From contig OZ004614.1 in NCBI GenBank assembly GCA_963924565.1, positions 22,630,001 to 22,694,000 of the forward strand: 64,000 nt of DNA, given 5' to 3'. The stretch is from Ascidiella aspersa (taxonomy: Eukaryota). A program made the translations under genes and the position numbers. The notes under the pieces are model-generated. The model saw nothing but the letters and a program-made list of their open reading frames with translations, had not been told where the DNA came from and made no database searches. This document shows, piece by piece, positions 24,201 to 37,900 of this stretch (position 1 is its first letter; each line of letters opens with the position of its first letter).

Positions 24201-27200
24201 ATTGTTATAGTTCAGCCGAACGTAACATTATCCACCAATGAGCTGACTGCAAATTATGGAGAATCGAGAATTGTTACTTGTACCAGCTACGGTTATCCAA
24301 TGCCAAACATCACGTGGAAAAAGTAAGTAGGCCTAATGTTTGTGAAATGCTTACGTTTTAGAAGCAGTGTACAGCAACACTGTATAAACATACTTACGTT
24401 TGTCAGACAATGATGTAACTTATTTTTCTTTTTAAGGAAACTCAAATGACAAATAGACTTATTATTAGAAGGTTCAACTATTTCACAGATTTCTTTAAAT
24501 AAGCATAAATCTCTTTGTTCCGACGGTCGTCGAGTAAAGACGTTATACAGTCGCACATGCGTGTGGCCCATTGTTTATTATTATCAACTTTGGCTGCTCC
24601 GTAAATAACGTTTAAATATTTAAAAGAAGTGTAGGCTCTGTACAGCGGACCTGCAGGCTAAGTCACACAAAGGGGGTTGTTACGTTGAAACGCGCATCTT
24701 AACCAGTGTTGTAAACAAGTCCTTTTGAACTGACTTGAGTCCCAGTCAAGTCATTTGTAAAGTACCTTCAGTCCAAGACAAGTCATGACATGACTTAAGT
24801 CATTACAACACTTCCTTGCCCTAACCTACAATGACGACAGTCTCCAAATCCTGGTGTAATGACGCCAAATTCACACAATACACACAAGTAGCAGCGAAGC
24901 ACGTAACACGCCAACGAAGTACTTTCATGTGACTAACAGGACAAAGCACGGTTTCTAAACAATAAAGTTTCAAATAACATTCAGCTTTTCACATTCTTAT
25001 TTCTAAGTTTTTTAAGTTTCGCTAAACACAAAGTCCAACAATTAGTTACTTAGCAAAGTACAGCACAGCTCACTATTCAAACTTATTGCTACCGTACATG
25101 CATTTATGAAAGAAGTATTGCGCTTTAGGATCTCAAAAAATCTCGGTGTAAAAATATTGAAGCTTTGGTAATTGTTGAAAATAAGACAAAATGAAGACTT
25201 TAGTCAAAACGAAGGACATTTCTTAAAAATGAGGACAATAATTTTTCTAGCACATAAGCTTTCGAAATAAGGACAAATCTTAGAAATACGGACAGTATTG
25301 CAACCCTGGTTATAGACAAAGTTTAAGAAACTTTGTTTTTTAAATACTTACTTTTAGGGTAAACTTTCTGCTCTCAACCGACGCTTATCAGACCATTTCC
25401 ACCGACAGCACAAATTATCGGAAAACTGCAAATCTACATCTAACAAATATTGACGTTGGTTTGTCGGGGCGTTATTATTGCGAAGCAAATAACTCAGAAA
25501 CAGTTCACAACAAAACATTTATTCTCGAAGGTAACTGGCGTTTTGACTCAAGGTAACTTTTTTGCTCCGGTAATCATTGTGACAAACCTTTATATTTTTA
25601 GTTCGAGCAAATATATCTCTTTCACCTTCATTGAAATGGAAAGTAACACATTTTCCCGAGTCATTCTACGTCGATTGTGTGTCTTTTGGATGGCGCCAGC
25701 CCAACGTTTCTTGGACAAGGTACGGTCTATATAAAGTTTACCCAATTGGTGCATTTGGTTTGTTTTATTGTTCAATGCTGATCTTAGCACAAATAAAATT
25801 AAAAAAATATATATTTTCTAACAAAGACATGTTTATATTTTATTTTATCAAAACAATTTTTTTCACGCAAAACCTGAGCATTGTGCATGGACGTTTTAAA
25901 ATACTATTTGAGTATGTCAAATGTATCAGCCTAAAATAAGGTTTTAATAGCTGGTTTATTTTTAAACTGAACGCGCATTTATTTCATTCAGAAATGACCA
26001 GCCAGTAACCGCATCTACGTGGGTTGAAGTGCACCAAGTTACTACAGCAGTTTCCACATTCCAAGTGAACTCGCGTCTTCACTTCACAGCCACAAGCATT
26101 GAACAAGTTGGAGCTTACAAGTGCACAGCAAGCAACAACATTCCTCCATCCGTTGTGAACACAACGTTCTATTTGCATGGTAAGGTCGCTTTCTTCACAC
26201 TTTGGAGAGCCATGTGCAGGGATGTTTGATAATTGATGTTTCAAAAAATTATCGCCCCACGATCAGATAACAAGTTAAAAAACTGCTTTAGCGTTGAGAC
26301 GTTTAGCTACAACCAGCTGTTAACCAACTATTTATTTTATATAAATTTATCGGACAAGATTGAATCGCTGAGTTGGATCGCATATCATAGCGAGAATTCC
26401 TCTTTTGATTTGATATCGTATCGGTACCGATACTCCGTTTGAATATTATCGGACATCACGAGCCATTGTTGGAGAGATGCTTATAAAGATTTTTTTTATA
26501 ATTTAACGTTTTTGTTGCGAATTGGTTTCAGCCAAGGCAAACATCTCCTTGTCAACGAAAACAGTTTCGCTTAAAGACGGCATCAGGACGCAAGTTAATT
26601 GCACATCATTCGGATTTCCGCAACCACAAGTTTACTGGACAAAGTAAGACTTTATATGAATGAACGGGAATTTACCAGTTTACTTTATTGAGCAACTTCG
26701 TTTTGAACAGAGGTTCCATGAACGTGTCAAGCAATGCTGGCGATGATTTATTTCAAACAGTTCACAAAGAGGCAATTTACAAGACTGTCGCGTCTATTGA
26801 GTTTGTAAAGGCTTCGCCCACTACAACAGGAAGTTTCGTATGCCACGCCAGCAACACAGTCGGTGAAAATAACTTAACTTCACTGCAAGAAACTTTAACG
26901 GTTACTGGTAGGTATTTATTTTTTATGTTTTTGTAGACTGATTACACAACTTGTACTTGATACGTTCACAGATACTTAGCGGTGTTATCTAGTTTCAACG
27001 TTTAACACGTTCGACTTTATATTGCGCATTTAAAGTAAGGGCGAATCCAGGAATTAATTTTGCGGGCCATCAAAATTTTATTTGTGACGTCTTTAGTTCG
27101 TCATACCGTGACGTCATAAAACAACTAGCCTAATCTTAAAAACACCGCTGTTCTAGAGCGAATCTGTGCGCAAATATGGTAGCCAATTTCAAGCTAATCG

Positions 27201-30200
27201 CGTGTAGCACGAAAAAATGCTTCATTTGTTTAACTTAGTAAAATTTTAATATAAAATTATACGTTATGCACCAGATATACAAAATGGTTAGATATGGAAT
27301 TTATCAAATAATTTGTCAAAAAACACAAAGTAGGTGGAATTTAGTTATAAAAAGGGCGTGGTCTGGTGCACTCCTTGACCCACCCCTGATTTAAATTTCC
27401 GATATATTTTCCCCTTTTTAGTCAAACCCACTTTTATGAATTCGTCAATTCCAAGTGAATTCAGCCAATCACAGTCGTTGAATTGCACGTTTGCCGCCGA
27501 CCAGTCGACCACCTTTCACTGGACCATCAACCAACAAAACGTCACAATCAACAGCGACGCGTCGCCAACCTACGTCACAATTCACAGGACAAACTACACA
27601 GTGACGTCACAACTAGCAATAGAAGCTTCCGCAATATTGGGCGCCAACGCAAGTGTGAAGTGTTGGGCTGAAAATGGAGAAGGTGTCTCAAGCAATGTTG
27701 CTGTAATCAACAAAGGTAGTGTATTAAAGTAAAGCACGATTTATTTATTCATATTTTTGTTACTTTCAGTTATAATCGTAAGATCTAAATTATGGTATAT
27801 GCCACAATGATTTACGAAAATAATATATTTAAATGTAGAATGTAGATTAACGAAAATTGATGATTGGAATTTTTTTATTATGAGTCAAATAACGTGTGTT
27901 TATATTAAGTAAATGTTGAACATGTAAACATGTTGAAAATATTTGAAAGTTTTCTGTTGTGTTTTCCAGTCAATATATGTTTAACCACGCCTAATCTTAA
28001 AATATTGATTTAACTTCTGTAAATTTCCTTCAACTATTTGATAGACTTGCTCTTCGATAATGGACAGTTTTTCGTCCGCTACCAGCTCCTCAGAAGTCAA
28101 GCTGATGCCAAACTGCATTGTGAAAACAAGGGAGGGAAATTACCGTCATCTGAATATCTAAATGGAAGTTCTTTACCTGTCTTACCTACAAACCAAGCAG
28201 TCTGGACAAATGGTAGGTTTTATGATGTGGAAATGCGATGTGTGATTTATTGTTAATATTGACATTTTATATTAAAGCAACAAAGGCAAGTCACACAAGC
28301 TGCACAACGTTTTACAACGGAGCTACTCAATCCATGAATTGCAGCGCTTCTTTACCAGTCCTGTGTGTATTTCCTGGTAAGTAAGAAGCAGTAGATAGAG
28401 CCTAATTTCCATACAGCCTAATTATTTTGACGTTTATTGTTGATGCGCTATAGCTCCCATTTCAGTCTAATTGTAGTAATAGCACACTTCGTATTTAGTC
28501 TAATCGTCTTATTAAAGTTTCTCGCCTTATAGTAAAATGACCTCGCCCCTATTTATATAAAAAAAATACATCATCTCATTTCTAACACTTTTTAACGAGT
28601 TTAACCGTGTTTAAAGACGTTTTTGAAACGTTCAGCAGACAACATTAAAAAATAAAACGGAACATTTGTAATTCAAAACAGTTGTTTGACAAAATCTTTG
28701 TTTGATTTTGCTTAACAATGGCTTTAAACTAACAGTTTACTATAGTTGTGCAATGTACATATCGTATGTTTTGTATGTTTATTGGGCTAATTTTGAAAGC
28801 ACTTTCCGTTTCAGTGGTTGATGTTACCGAAGTTACAAAATGCCACCGCGACAAAATAATTGTGAAGTGGATTGACGAAACCAAATATTCACGGAATTTC
28901 AACTTTCAGCTGATTGCACAAAGTTCTGACAAATTGATTAACATCGTTAAAAATTATAAACAAACGGCTTCTACGAATTACATTTACACAACAACATTTC
29001 CAAAACTGGTTGGCAACGAAAAATACAATATTCAAGTAAATGATATTTACAATATTAATTAACATTCTTTTCCATAACTTAATGTTCATAAATTATTTTT
29101 TAAAACATTAATATATTATTTCTTAGATCAAGCTGTTTCCTGATTTTTGGAAAGTTCCGCAAACACCTTCGGTTTCTGGATCAACTTCAGATGTTTTTGA
29201 GAAAGTTGTTTCTCAACTTACTCTTGAAAATCAAATCTGCCAAGTCAGAATCACAATGCCTCAGCCAACTGTAGCAGCCATCTTAAGCGTTAAGGTTCGA
29301 GTTCCTCCATTATTTTCTATTGTTATGGACAGGAAGTCATTGAATTGATTGCTCCATATTTAATTTCAGCTGAATATAAAGAGAAACATCAAAAACCAAA
29401 GTGAAATCTCTGAAATCGCTATGACACCTTCAGTTTTAATGAACCGTAATTTTTCAATAAATCGAGGTGAAACGATTACCATGGATTTTCATCCCATGAC
29501 GTCATCTTGTAGAAGTACAGTTCTTCCGGTAGATGGCGTGTGTTACTTGCCACCAGGTAATAAAAAATACTTTTATGTTTTTTTTTTGTTAACATTTACC
29601 CGATAGATTCATTTGTTTAGATGGTTAGGCACCAGAAAATAATATCGTGTTGCCAACCTCTTGTTATGCAATCATATCGATATTTTTTTGTGCTATGTAG
29701 ATTTGTCAAAGATTTCAACACCACATATTTCAACAACGCCTATTTTAAGCACCGTAAAACAACCGAATCTCATCTCATCTGTAGGTGTACCAGTGGGTGT
29801 TGCCTGCGCTGTAATAGTTGTCATATGTGCTGCTGTTGTTGTCTTCATTAAAAGGTAACCAACAATATACAGACAATGTTTCTTAACGTTAAATCAAACT
29901 TATCACGAATATACCTCTTAATACAGAAACCAAACTCGGTCTAGTTTGGGAAAAAGGCCAAGCAACAATATGAATCCGGGATCGCCAAACAACAAAGGTA
30001 GTATTCTCCACGTTTTTTTCCGTTGGGGTTATATTGGCAATCGTATTTTCGCCGTTGTAACTCTCATGCAATGAAACTCTTTAAATTTGAACTGCAATAT
30101 AACATGGATAAATAAGACGCTGAAAATATGCGACAATGTGATAAGATTATTCCGTACAACGTTTCCTTAATATAACATTCATCAAGTTACCCAAGCCTAT

Positions 30201-30875
30201 AAACTCACGTTTCAAGGAATTAATAAAGCTTTGTGTTCGAAAGTTTAGGCAAGTTTTGTCCACCAATGTAGCTTAGCAAATTAGACCAGTCTAAACATAT
30301 GCGCAGTACCAAGTTTGAAAGCCAATGTGGCCGCAAACTGTAAATGGCAAAGATGGAATAGCATATGGTGAAATATTTTCAACAACTTTAGGAGCGTGGG
30401 TGATTTATGTGACACACTATGAGTGGATTGTCGTATAAACCTGCTACTATAGTTACGTAAACGGGTGAAAAACAGTCAGGAGTAGGACTCTGGTTGTTTT
30501 TTTCATTTAGATTGAATCCGCTCCAAATAACAACAAAGTTTTTCGATATTAACATTATTCGCAGTCAACAACCCTGATATTGGTAATGCTCAAACTTCAC
30601 GTCACAACTACGTCAACACCAGCTTTGCAGTTTCCCCAAATGCTGACGTCATCAAAGCATCCGGTGACGATCCTGACTACGTCATGCCAAATGTTGACGT
30701 CATCAAAGCATCCAGTGACGATCCCGACTACGTCATGCCAAATGTCTACCTCAAAGAGAAAAGTGCCACTTACGAAAACGGAAATGTTGGAGCTCAGAGC
30801 GTGGAAGAAAACACTGCATACGAGCAGTTTGGTAATAGTGATGCTGTGCAATCTGTATACGAGAAAGTTAAATAG
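15264..30875 (+). CDS. Copy A: CTLD-Ig-FN3-Ig6-CTLD-FN3-like-TM receptor with Tyr-motif/ITIM tail (~1390 aa without leader)
   Basis: 24 phase-compatible, stop-free exons. CTLD 15264-15446, 15569-15643, 17994-18182; Ig1 19821-20096; FN3 21042-21305 (acceptor GG, not AG); Ig2 21473-21587+21895-22085; Ig3 22165-22279+22660-22844; Ig4 24211-24322+25358-25530; Ig5 25602-25719+25992-26179; Ig6 26532-26643+26711-26907; Ig7 27422-27715; CTLD2 28045-28212+28278-28376; FN3-like 28815-29035, 29127-29294, 29370-29556; stalk/TM 29701-29854; tail 29927-29997, 30565-30875. Leader exon not located. Confidence 0.85.
15661..16414 (+). mobile_element. Internally deleted LTR retrotransposon remnant (near-solo LTR)
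   Basis: TGTTACG...CGTAACA termini, 5-bp TSD CTAAG (15656-15660, 16415-16419), and a polypurine tract AAGGAGGGAGGAA (15687-15699) directly before a second LTR start at 15700. Confidence 0.85.
17082..17443. mobile_element. hAT-type MITE
   Basis: TIRs CAGTGGTTCTCAACC / GGTTGAGAACCACTG with 8-bp TSD ATGTAGAA; the empty site is present at 1349-1356 in homologous sequence. Confidence 0.92.
20226..20540. mobile_element. Tc1/mariner-like MITE fragment
   Basis: TA|CAGGGTGTCCATAAAGTC terminus and internal inverted segments (ATGAGGTTTGTTTTAT.TTAATCAGTATTTCATAAAGTTTTTATTG and its reverse complement near 20490-20540); right end missing. Confidence 0.6.
23169..23549. mobile_element. hAT-type MITE
   Basis: TIRs CAGTGCTTTTCAACC / GGTTGAAAAGCACTG; TSD CTTTAGTG / CGTTAGTG. 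Confidence 0.88.
23602..23927. mobile_element. MITE of the CAGGGCTGCGGAGTCGG family
   Basis: Right end AACCGACTCCGTAGCCCTG; 8-bp TSD GTTTAAAT; homologous to 52453-52813 and ~41770-42165. Confidence 0.8.
30636..30745 (+). repeat. 51-bp in-frame tandem duplication in the copy A tail
   Basis: PNADVIKASGDDPDYVM / PNVDVIKASSDDPDYVM (30636-30686, 30687-30737); copy B has a single unit. Confidence 0.95.
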
Positions 30876-31154
30876 AATTATTCAACTTAACAGACCTTTG
30901 AAAACAAAAAAATATTACATTAAATGTACTGGTATGTACAACAAATAAGCTACCACGAACATAAACAATGTTAAGTTTAAATGTCTTGTCTATTGTATTG
31001 CAAGTGGTGTAACCTATTAAACAATAACAGTCATTGTGGTCACACTTATGCCGACATGTTTTAATCTTACTATTTTCCGATATATTTCAATACCACCTTT
31101 ATATATATATACCATATTTTAATATATTTTGTTTCTTTGTCTACATTTTGATTT

Positions 31155-32254
31155 TAGTTTACAATTTTAAGATGTGCATCATACATGCTTCAAAACTTCG
31201 CTTTTGCGACATTAAGTCACTTACTTTTTATCCATTTTCTGCTTATTTTATCCATTTTCTGTTTATGTTACCAGAAATGTGAGAAATTGTGCAATTCCAT
31301 CCATAAAAACAAATATACCAGCCAACAAACTCAACTGTATATTTTAGCCTTTCACTTTTTTCGCCAAACCCAAACCCCCAGCACTGCAATCTTACTGACC
31401 ATACGAGAACAGCTACTAATTAGTCAACGTATCTCAATTTTATGCATTTTTTTTTCTTTGATTATTATATCGCTCCTTCCGATTAGCGATTTAATAAAAT
31501 GACTTATTACCAAAATTAAAGTTAAAAGTGTTATACGGAAATCCCTGTTAGTAGTATAAACGTCATCTTTAATTGACCAACACGCCCACTGAGTGAATAA
31601 TTACCTCCCAATGGTGATCAGCTGCTTCGGATCTGACGCATCTGTCCTTTGGGCTAAATTCCAAAAAAAAAACATTTATATACTATATGAAAAACAAACA
31701 TTTAGCGTCTCTTTCTTTGCTCTAGTTTACAATTTAAGGTGTGCATTATACATGATGCCATACTTAGCTTTTGTGACATTGTGTCACTAACTTTTTATCC
31801 ATGTTCTGTTTATTTTACCAGCAATGTAAGAAATTGTGCAACAAAAAAAAAATATATATATACCAGCCAACAAACTCAACTGTATATTTTAACCTTTCAC
31901 GTTTTTCGCCAAACCCAAACCCCCAGCATTGCAATCTTACTGACTATACGAGAACAGTTACTAATTAGTCAACGTGTCCCAATTTTATGCAGTTTTTTTT
32001 TTTATTATTAGCCTATATCGTCTCGATTTACTGAAATGATTTATTACCAAAATTAAACGTAAATGTAGCATTATGGAAATCCCTGGTGTTAGTATAAACG
32101 TCATCTTTGATTGACCAACAACTGAGTGAATAATTGCTCCCCAATAGTGGTTAGCTGCTTCGGATGCAATTAATCTGATCATTTGGGCTAAAATGAAAAA
32201 AACATTGATGTACTATAAGAAAAGCAAACATTTACCGTCTCTTTCTTTGCACTA
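31155..32254. repeat. ~550 bp tandem duplication downstream of copy A
   Basis: About 31155-31722 aligns with about 31723-32254 (e.g. ATATACCAGCCAACAAACTCAACTGTATATTTTA; CGCCAAACCCAAACCCCCAGCA). A diverged single copy follows copy B (~49050-49500). Confidence 0.85.
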
Positions 32255-32549
32255 ACGTTCAAACAATACTTTTGTTTTTAGTCAAACGTGCATCTTTTAA
32301 CAGGATTTAATAGAATGGGTATTATACTACAGTTGCAAGGATATCTGCGCTTGAAAAAAATCTATAACTTTTTGTTTTTTTTATCTATAATTTTTTTTTG
32401 TATCTCCAATCTCATTGTGACTAACACTTTGGAAGTGGAATCGTCATGTATTATTTCTTGCTTTGAAATATTTGATTTTAATTTGACCTGAACACGAACC
32501 GAACCATTATTGTTTCCTGTATGGTCGACTTGGCTTAAAATAAATTGAT

Positions 32550-33076
32550 TTTCTTCATGCGTTTAAATACATGTGAAGTTTACAATTCGACAATAATCAC
32601 GAATTCGTTTCGTCATGCTTTCGTATTAAAACTTTGTAGATTTTTCACAAATATTAGCGATCATAAATAAACAGGATTAAAATTTAAAGTAAATGTTATA
32701 CCTATCTGCCTTTGTGGTAACATTAATGGATCTATCTGTGGAATGAGGCACTGCTTTATTAAAACTAATATTCTAATATAGAATGTTTGTTTTCCTTTTA
32801 CGTGGGATGTAAGGCGTAATGCCAGTAGGACGCTTGTAAAGTCTATTTGTAGCCCTGCTATGGTTGGATATTTATAAATAAGTCACAAGCCTCGGCATCT
32901 GTAAGTATCCTACTTCTAAAACCAAGCGACGTATTTTAGCGTTCTTAAAACAAAACACTTATCTTTACGTATTGAATCCGACTATTATCCCTTTTAACAA
33001 TTTTTTCATTCAACCGTATGAATTTTAGCTTTTGTTCGATTTTTGAGTTATGAAATTCGATCCCGTTGGTTACTGC
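32550..33076. repeat. Conserved intergenic block upstream of paralogs (copies ~49810-50085 and ~62990-63562)
   Basis: Shared core TTCTAATATAGAATGTTT...GTGGGATGTAAG.CGTAATGC....A.GACGC....AAAGTCTATTT at about 32771, 49998 and 63206. Confidence 0.85.
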
Positions 33077-34957
33077 TATAGCTTGTTTTATTTTAACCAG
33101 AAATGTAGGTTATTCAAAGTGAAGTTGTAAAAAAATTCATTCACTGTAGTTTCGTTATTTTCGGATCCTCCTCAAAATGGTGCCAACCTTTCTGCGCTGG
33201 TATGCGGCCCCTCTTCCCCCTATAATCGGGTCTGAAACCAAAACTACACAAAATTCAAATCTATGGTATAGGTAAAAGGCATACAACCACCTTGAGGAAA
33301 TGTCAGTTACGCTAAGATATAACGCAACCGTACTTACAAGTATAAACTACCGAACATTTTAATCAAAGTATAACTTTACCGTAGAAATTCATTTTTTCAA
33401 CATGGTGGCAAAAATAAAAAGTTCCATTTATAAAACATAAACGGAATTATTTTGCTTTTCAGTTCGTTATAAAAAATCACTCAGTGTGTAGGATGGCTTC
33501 GAGAGGCAAACAATTAAATGCACGCTCTGCTTAAAGCATTAAACGTTTTATCAGTTGTGGTACAAAGAAAACACACGTTTAGCACAAAACAAAATGCAGA
33601 AGTTGACTTGAAGATTGTTGTTTTAGGCTGGGTATTGTAAAATATTTTACTCTAATGGCTTCCTAAAACGTCATAGAAGAAGAATACGTTTAACGTAAAG
33701 GATATAACTAAACACTTGTATTTCATTGATTGGACGAACTGAATAAGTATTTCAACTGAAAAAAGTGGCACTGTAGAGATTGTATTATGCTGGTAAGTAA
33801 ATTTCTTTCAACCTTGCGTTATCAGTCGATCTTTCTTGCCAACTTGCCGCTTGTTTTCCAGTTCTTGAATAAGACAAATACGGCATCAACCGAGTTTCCT
33901 TTAAATCTTTGTATTTCATGTTAAATCAATGTTGTTTGTAGCGTTCTGAAATTACGTGTATTATACAGTAGATGTTTTTGAAAACTTGGACCTCATTGAG
34001 TAAAGAGTACGTACTCAATGTGAACAAAAGGGTTTGTACGTGTTTTTAAGCTGCTAATTTGGATGCGGTCATTAGTTCTGTTCGACTATTTGATCAGAGT
34101 TAGTATTAAGCCGCAAACACAATCGTTCGTAGTAAGTGTTTAGCTTCATCTACTGCATAATTTAACACTTTCATTGATCTTTGTCTTTAAATGGATTTCC
34201 GATTAGCAATAAGTACATTGTATGACTTTAATGCCATAGTTACTATTCTGTTGTTATTTTAAGCTATTTCCACAGTGTTTAGGTATCAACTTAATCTTGT
34301 GGTGGGATTTAAGGATGACTGATACGGATTATTTTTTCATTTCGATAACCGATAATTTTGGCGATATGATCCGGTATTAAATGACGTCATTGCTGTGTTC
34401 AAATAAGAAAAATAATCCAATTAATGATCGTAACGGAAATTATTTTCACAATAGAAAACTCTATGTTTAATCGAAAAACATGGCTGAACGGCACCAGTTT
34501 GTTTGGCATCGGATCGGCACATAACCTAGTATGGCACGAGTAACGATACTAGTACTTGGAATCTAGTATCGGCCCCTATCCGATATTATCGGACATCACT
34601 ATAGTGAGGCCCTTCACTTTTTTCAAAAAAGCAAAAACATCTACTAGGGCTATTCGTAACTTTTATAACACGATTGTTTTTTGAGATTACAGTAAATAAG
34701 AGGAGCGAGAATTTGCTGCGGTAAACATGTTGTCAACGCAGTCGTTTGTTGTTGTCTTAATACCAGTCATATCAGCCATTTTTGGAACACTCCAACATTT
34801 GAAACGCCTCGTTTTCCATCTACGTATTTCCTACCGATAAATTTGGCCCTCATATACCTTATGATCATTAGTTGATTGTGCCTTGGATGAACAAGATAGC
34901 TAGCTTAACAGTTTAATTTTTGTTGACAAGAAATAGTTGCTAGCAGTATTTCATCCG

Positions 34958-37900
34958 ATGTTAATCTTATTTTTGTTATTGTTAATGTCCCTTCGGACCG
35001 ACAAAACAGGTTTGTAATGATTTTTATTATTACCAAACTTTTTTGAAAAAATTAGGAGTTTTTAACTAATATTTTATATACCAAACGATTACAGTTTCAA
35101 TTAAACAAGTATTTTCCATGTTACAATTCTCACCGTGCTAAAGTACTTTGTAATGTGTTCCAATGTATGGCTTAGTTTGGTATCAAGGAACTAGCCACCA
35201 ACCACGCTAAATGCTTTTTAACATACATATCCATTATTGTTTTTATAAACAATTTAATTTAGTTGTGTATGAAACAACAGCAACAATACGCTCAGAATTT
35301 AAAAAACAAAACTTTGTGAATTGACGCAATACTTTTTCAGCGGAAAATGTTTTGTGACAAATGTTTTGTTCCACTTTAAGTTTTTTCAAACTTTGTCATA
35401 TTGTATTGCGTTTATAACAACCGGCGTAGGGTATATTTATTGTGTTTCAGAAACTCTATAGATAAATTTAGTTTTGCGAAAGTGACACCAAATTCAGCCA
35501 ATAGCATTGAGTGTTTGTTTAGACGCTGCATTATGCAAGGGAAGGAACTTCGTGCTTTCAAGCCACAAGGTAATGCAAGCAGACGCCAAGAAAAATTGCA
35601 TTTCTGGAGGTGGTAACTTGGCAAGTATTCCTGATGAAGCAACACAAAACCACCTCAGCACTCTTGCAAGCGTTCATACCAGCTGGGCATGGAAGGGAGG
35701 TAACGTAGAATGTAAGTACCTAGAAATGTGCAAATATCGATTGAAATTAAATTAGCAATAAAAAACTGTTTTCTCCAGACGCTTTCATCGGCGGGGAACG
35801 GATTGGAAACGAATACAAGTGGCCAGATGGAACAACATTTGCAACCAAATTATCAGGTGTGAATAATTAGGTCCCATAAAATCTACACATTTGTTTTTCT
35901 CAAGTTATTCGTATGTTTTAATTCTTGGTTTACTAATACTACATTCTATGTTAAAAGCGATTAAAGATTTAATGTTTTACCTAATACTGCTTGAATCGAG
36001 TTACTTGTCGGTTGCTGCGTCAAACAAACCACAGTTATTTGATAATTATATTTACGTGAAATGATAAACATCGAAATGCCAATCGTATATTAATCTATTG
36101 CAAATAAAAGTTTAATTAATATCACATCCGACACCGTCGTAATAATGAACCCACAGCATAATTACAGTATTATTTTTAAAATGTTGCACTAAGTCTAATT
36201 ATATTTTCGTTGTACGTTGTCAATAATGAGGTATGTACAAATGGCCGTATAGACGTTATATTGTTGCTTTTTTATTATTTTATCCAAATTTGTCATTGTA
36301 TTTAGACTCAAACTACTTTTGTCCCATTATTGCTTTATTTGAATCAGATAATAGTTGGTTCACATCGGGATACAACGAATGGATAAGTCGAAGTGGACCT
36401 TCAGGCAATGGACGTTGTATGGTGTTTACTGGAACACGATCCGGCTCATCAGGCAGCTATACTTGGAAGTGGGGAGATGCGGCGTGTACTGGAGTATTCT
36501 ACTACATTTGCGAATATCAAGGTAAAGTTAACTTTTCACAAACAGCAAATGACCAGGGACTTGCTTTAAATGCTGCATCATAGTTGTTGTGCAAAGTTTT
36601 AATGGACACATGGTTAAATCAAACAGGTTCTCTGGCGAACCCGTGCGTAATTATGCAGGACTACGTGTAAACCCGGTATTATGAAAAAAACGGAAAAAAA
36701 ATCTTAAATTGGGAGAAGCCTCATTGAATTAAAATCCTCAAATATTCAGAGTGTTTCTACTATATATGTGAGCACCATATAAACTGCAAATACGGTGCTG
36801 CATTGCTTTTTTTGCGATATAGATCCCGCAACTAAATGTATTTTAGGGCTTGTTAAAACAACAGACCAAATGTATAATTTAACTTTATTTCAACAAACAG
36901 AATCATTGTATTGCGAGTACACTCAACTTATACCTATATTGATTAACATCAATATCGGTCTATCATATGCTACAAATCCAACATAATTGTCATTGTGTAT
37001 GAGACTACGGTACAGTTATCATGTTCTTACAAACGCAGTTTCCCGTAACTTGACTGTGACTTCACCGACCAGCACACCAACATTGGGAAGCAATTTGACA
37101 TTCACAGGAACCATCTCTGGCTTTTACAACAACCCTCTTAACGTGAGTGTTGCTCATGGTGGAACAAACACCAACGTTGAAACTAATTTCTTTGAAACGA
37201 GGTTTACTTACGTCATCAACCACGTCGCCTTATCACACAACGGAGATTTCGTGTTCACTGCAAGCAATAGTGCTACAAGGTGTTTTTTTGCGGATACAGT
37301 CAAGATTATAGTTGGTAAGAAAAAATGCGGTATTTTATTTTAGACAAAAATTGAAATTCAAAAGCTTGGAATTTTTTTTAAAGTTAAGAATTACGTATGG
37401 CCCGTGGTTGTATGGAAATTATGTCTATTCCCCAAAATTGTGACGTTGTGTATCAGTGGGCCGTGTTCAATTGGTTTCGTCTGTAGGTCAGTAAGTCAAT
37501 TTCTTATCAAATATTTATTTTTTTTAGGTTCTCCTGCACTGCATCTCCCATTTACGATACTGACACTAAGCATAAACTCATTGACATCTGTGACTTGCAC
37601 ATGTTCGGGATATCACCAACCTCAGTGCAGATGGTTCAGGTATAATAGAACATTGTCACATTGGCTCCATGAGTACACGATGCCATATCTACACCTAAAC
37701 TATACTCTTTTCTTGTTTCAACTTAAAAATGCGAAAAACAATTGAATCTTTAAGGGATCTGTGCTGCAACTTATCAAACATAAGTAATCGAATATGCGAG
37801 GTAACACAAAATTTTATAACCTAACGTCCAACAAAACTTAAACCTCTCCTGTTGATGTTAATTTTCCAAGGACTTGTATTAAATGTCGCTCCATTGCTAT

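Noticed and set aside
30565-30875. Receptor tyrosine kinase or phosphatase identity (Tie/RPTP-like) for the cluster genes
   Set aside because: The tail is only ~125 aa, ends in a stop in both copies, and no catalytic-domain exons follow.
33781-33800. Strong donor-like ATGCTG|GTAAGT upstream of copy B as a coding first exon
   Set aside because: The phase-1 frame has a stop just upstream, and a proper leader conserved with copy C exists at 34958. It could still be a non-coding exon.
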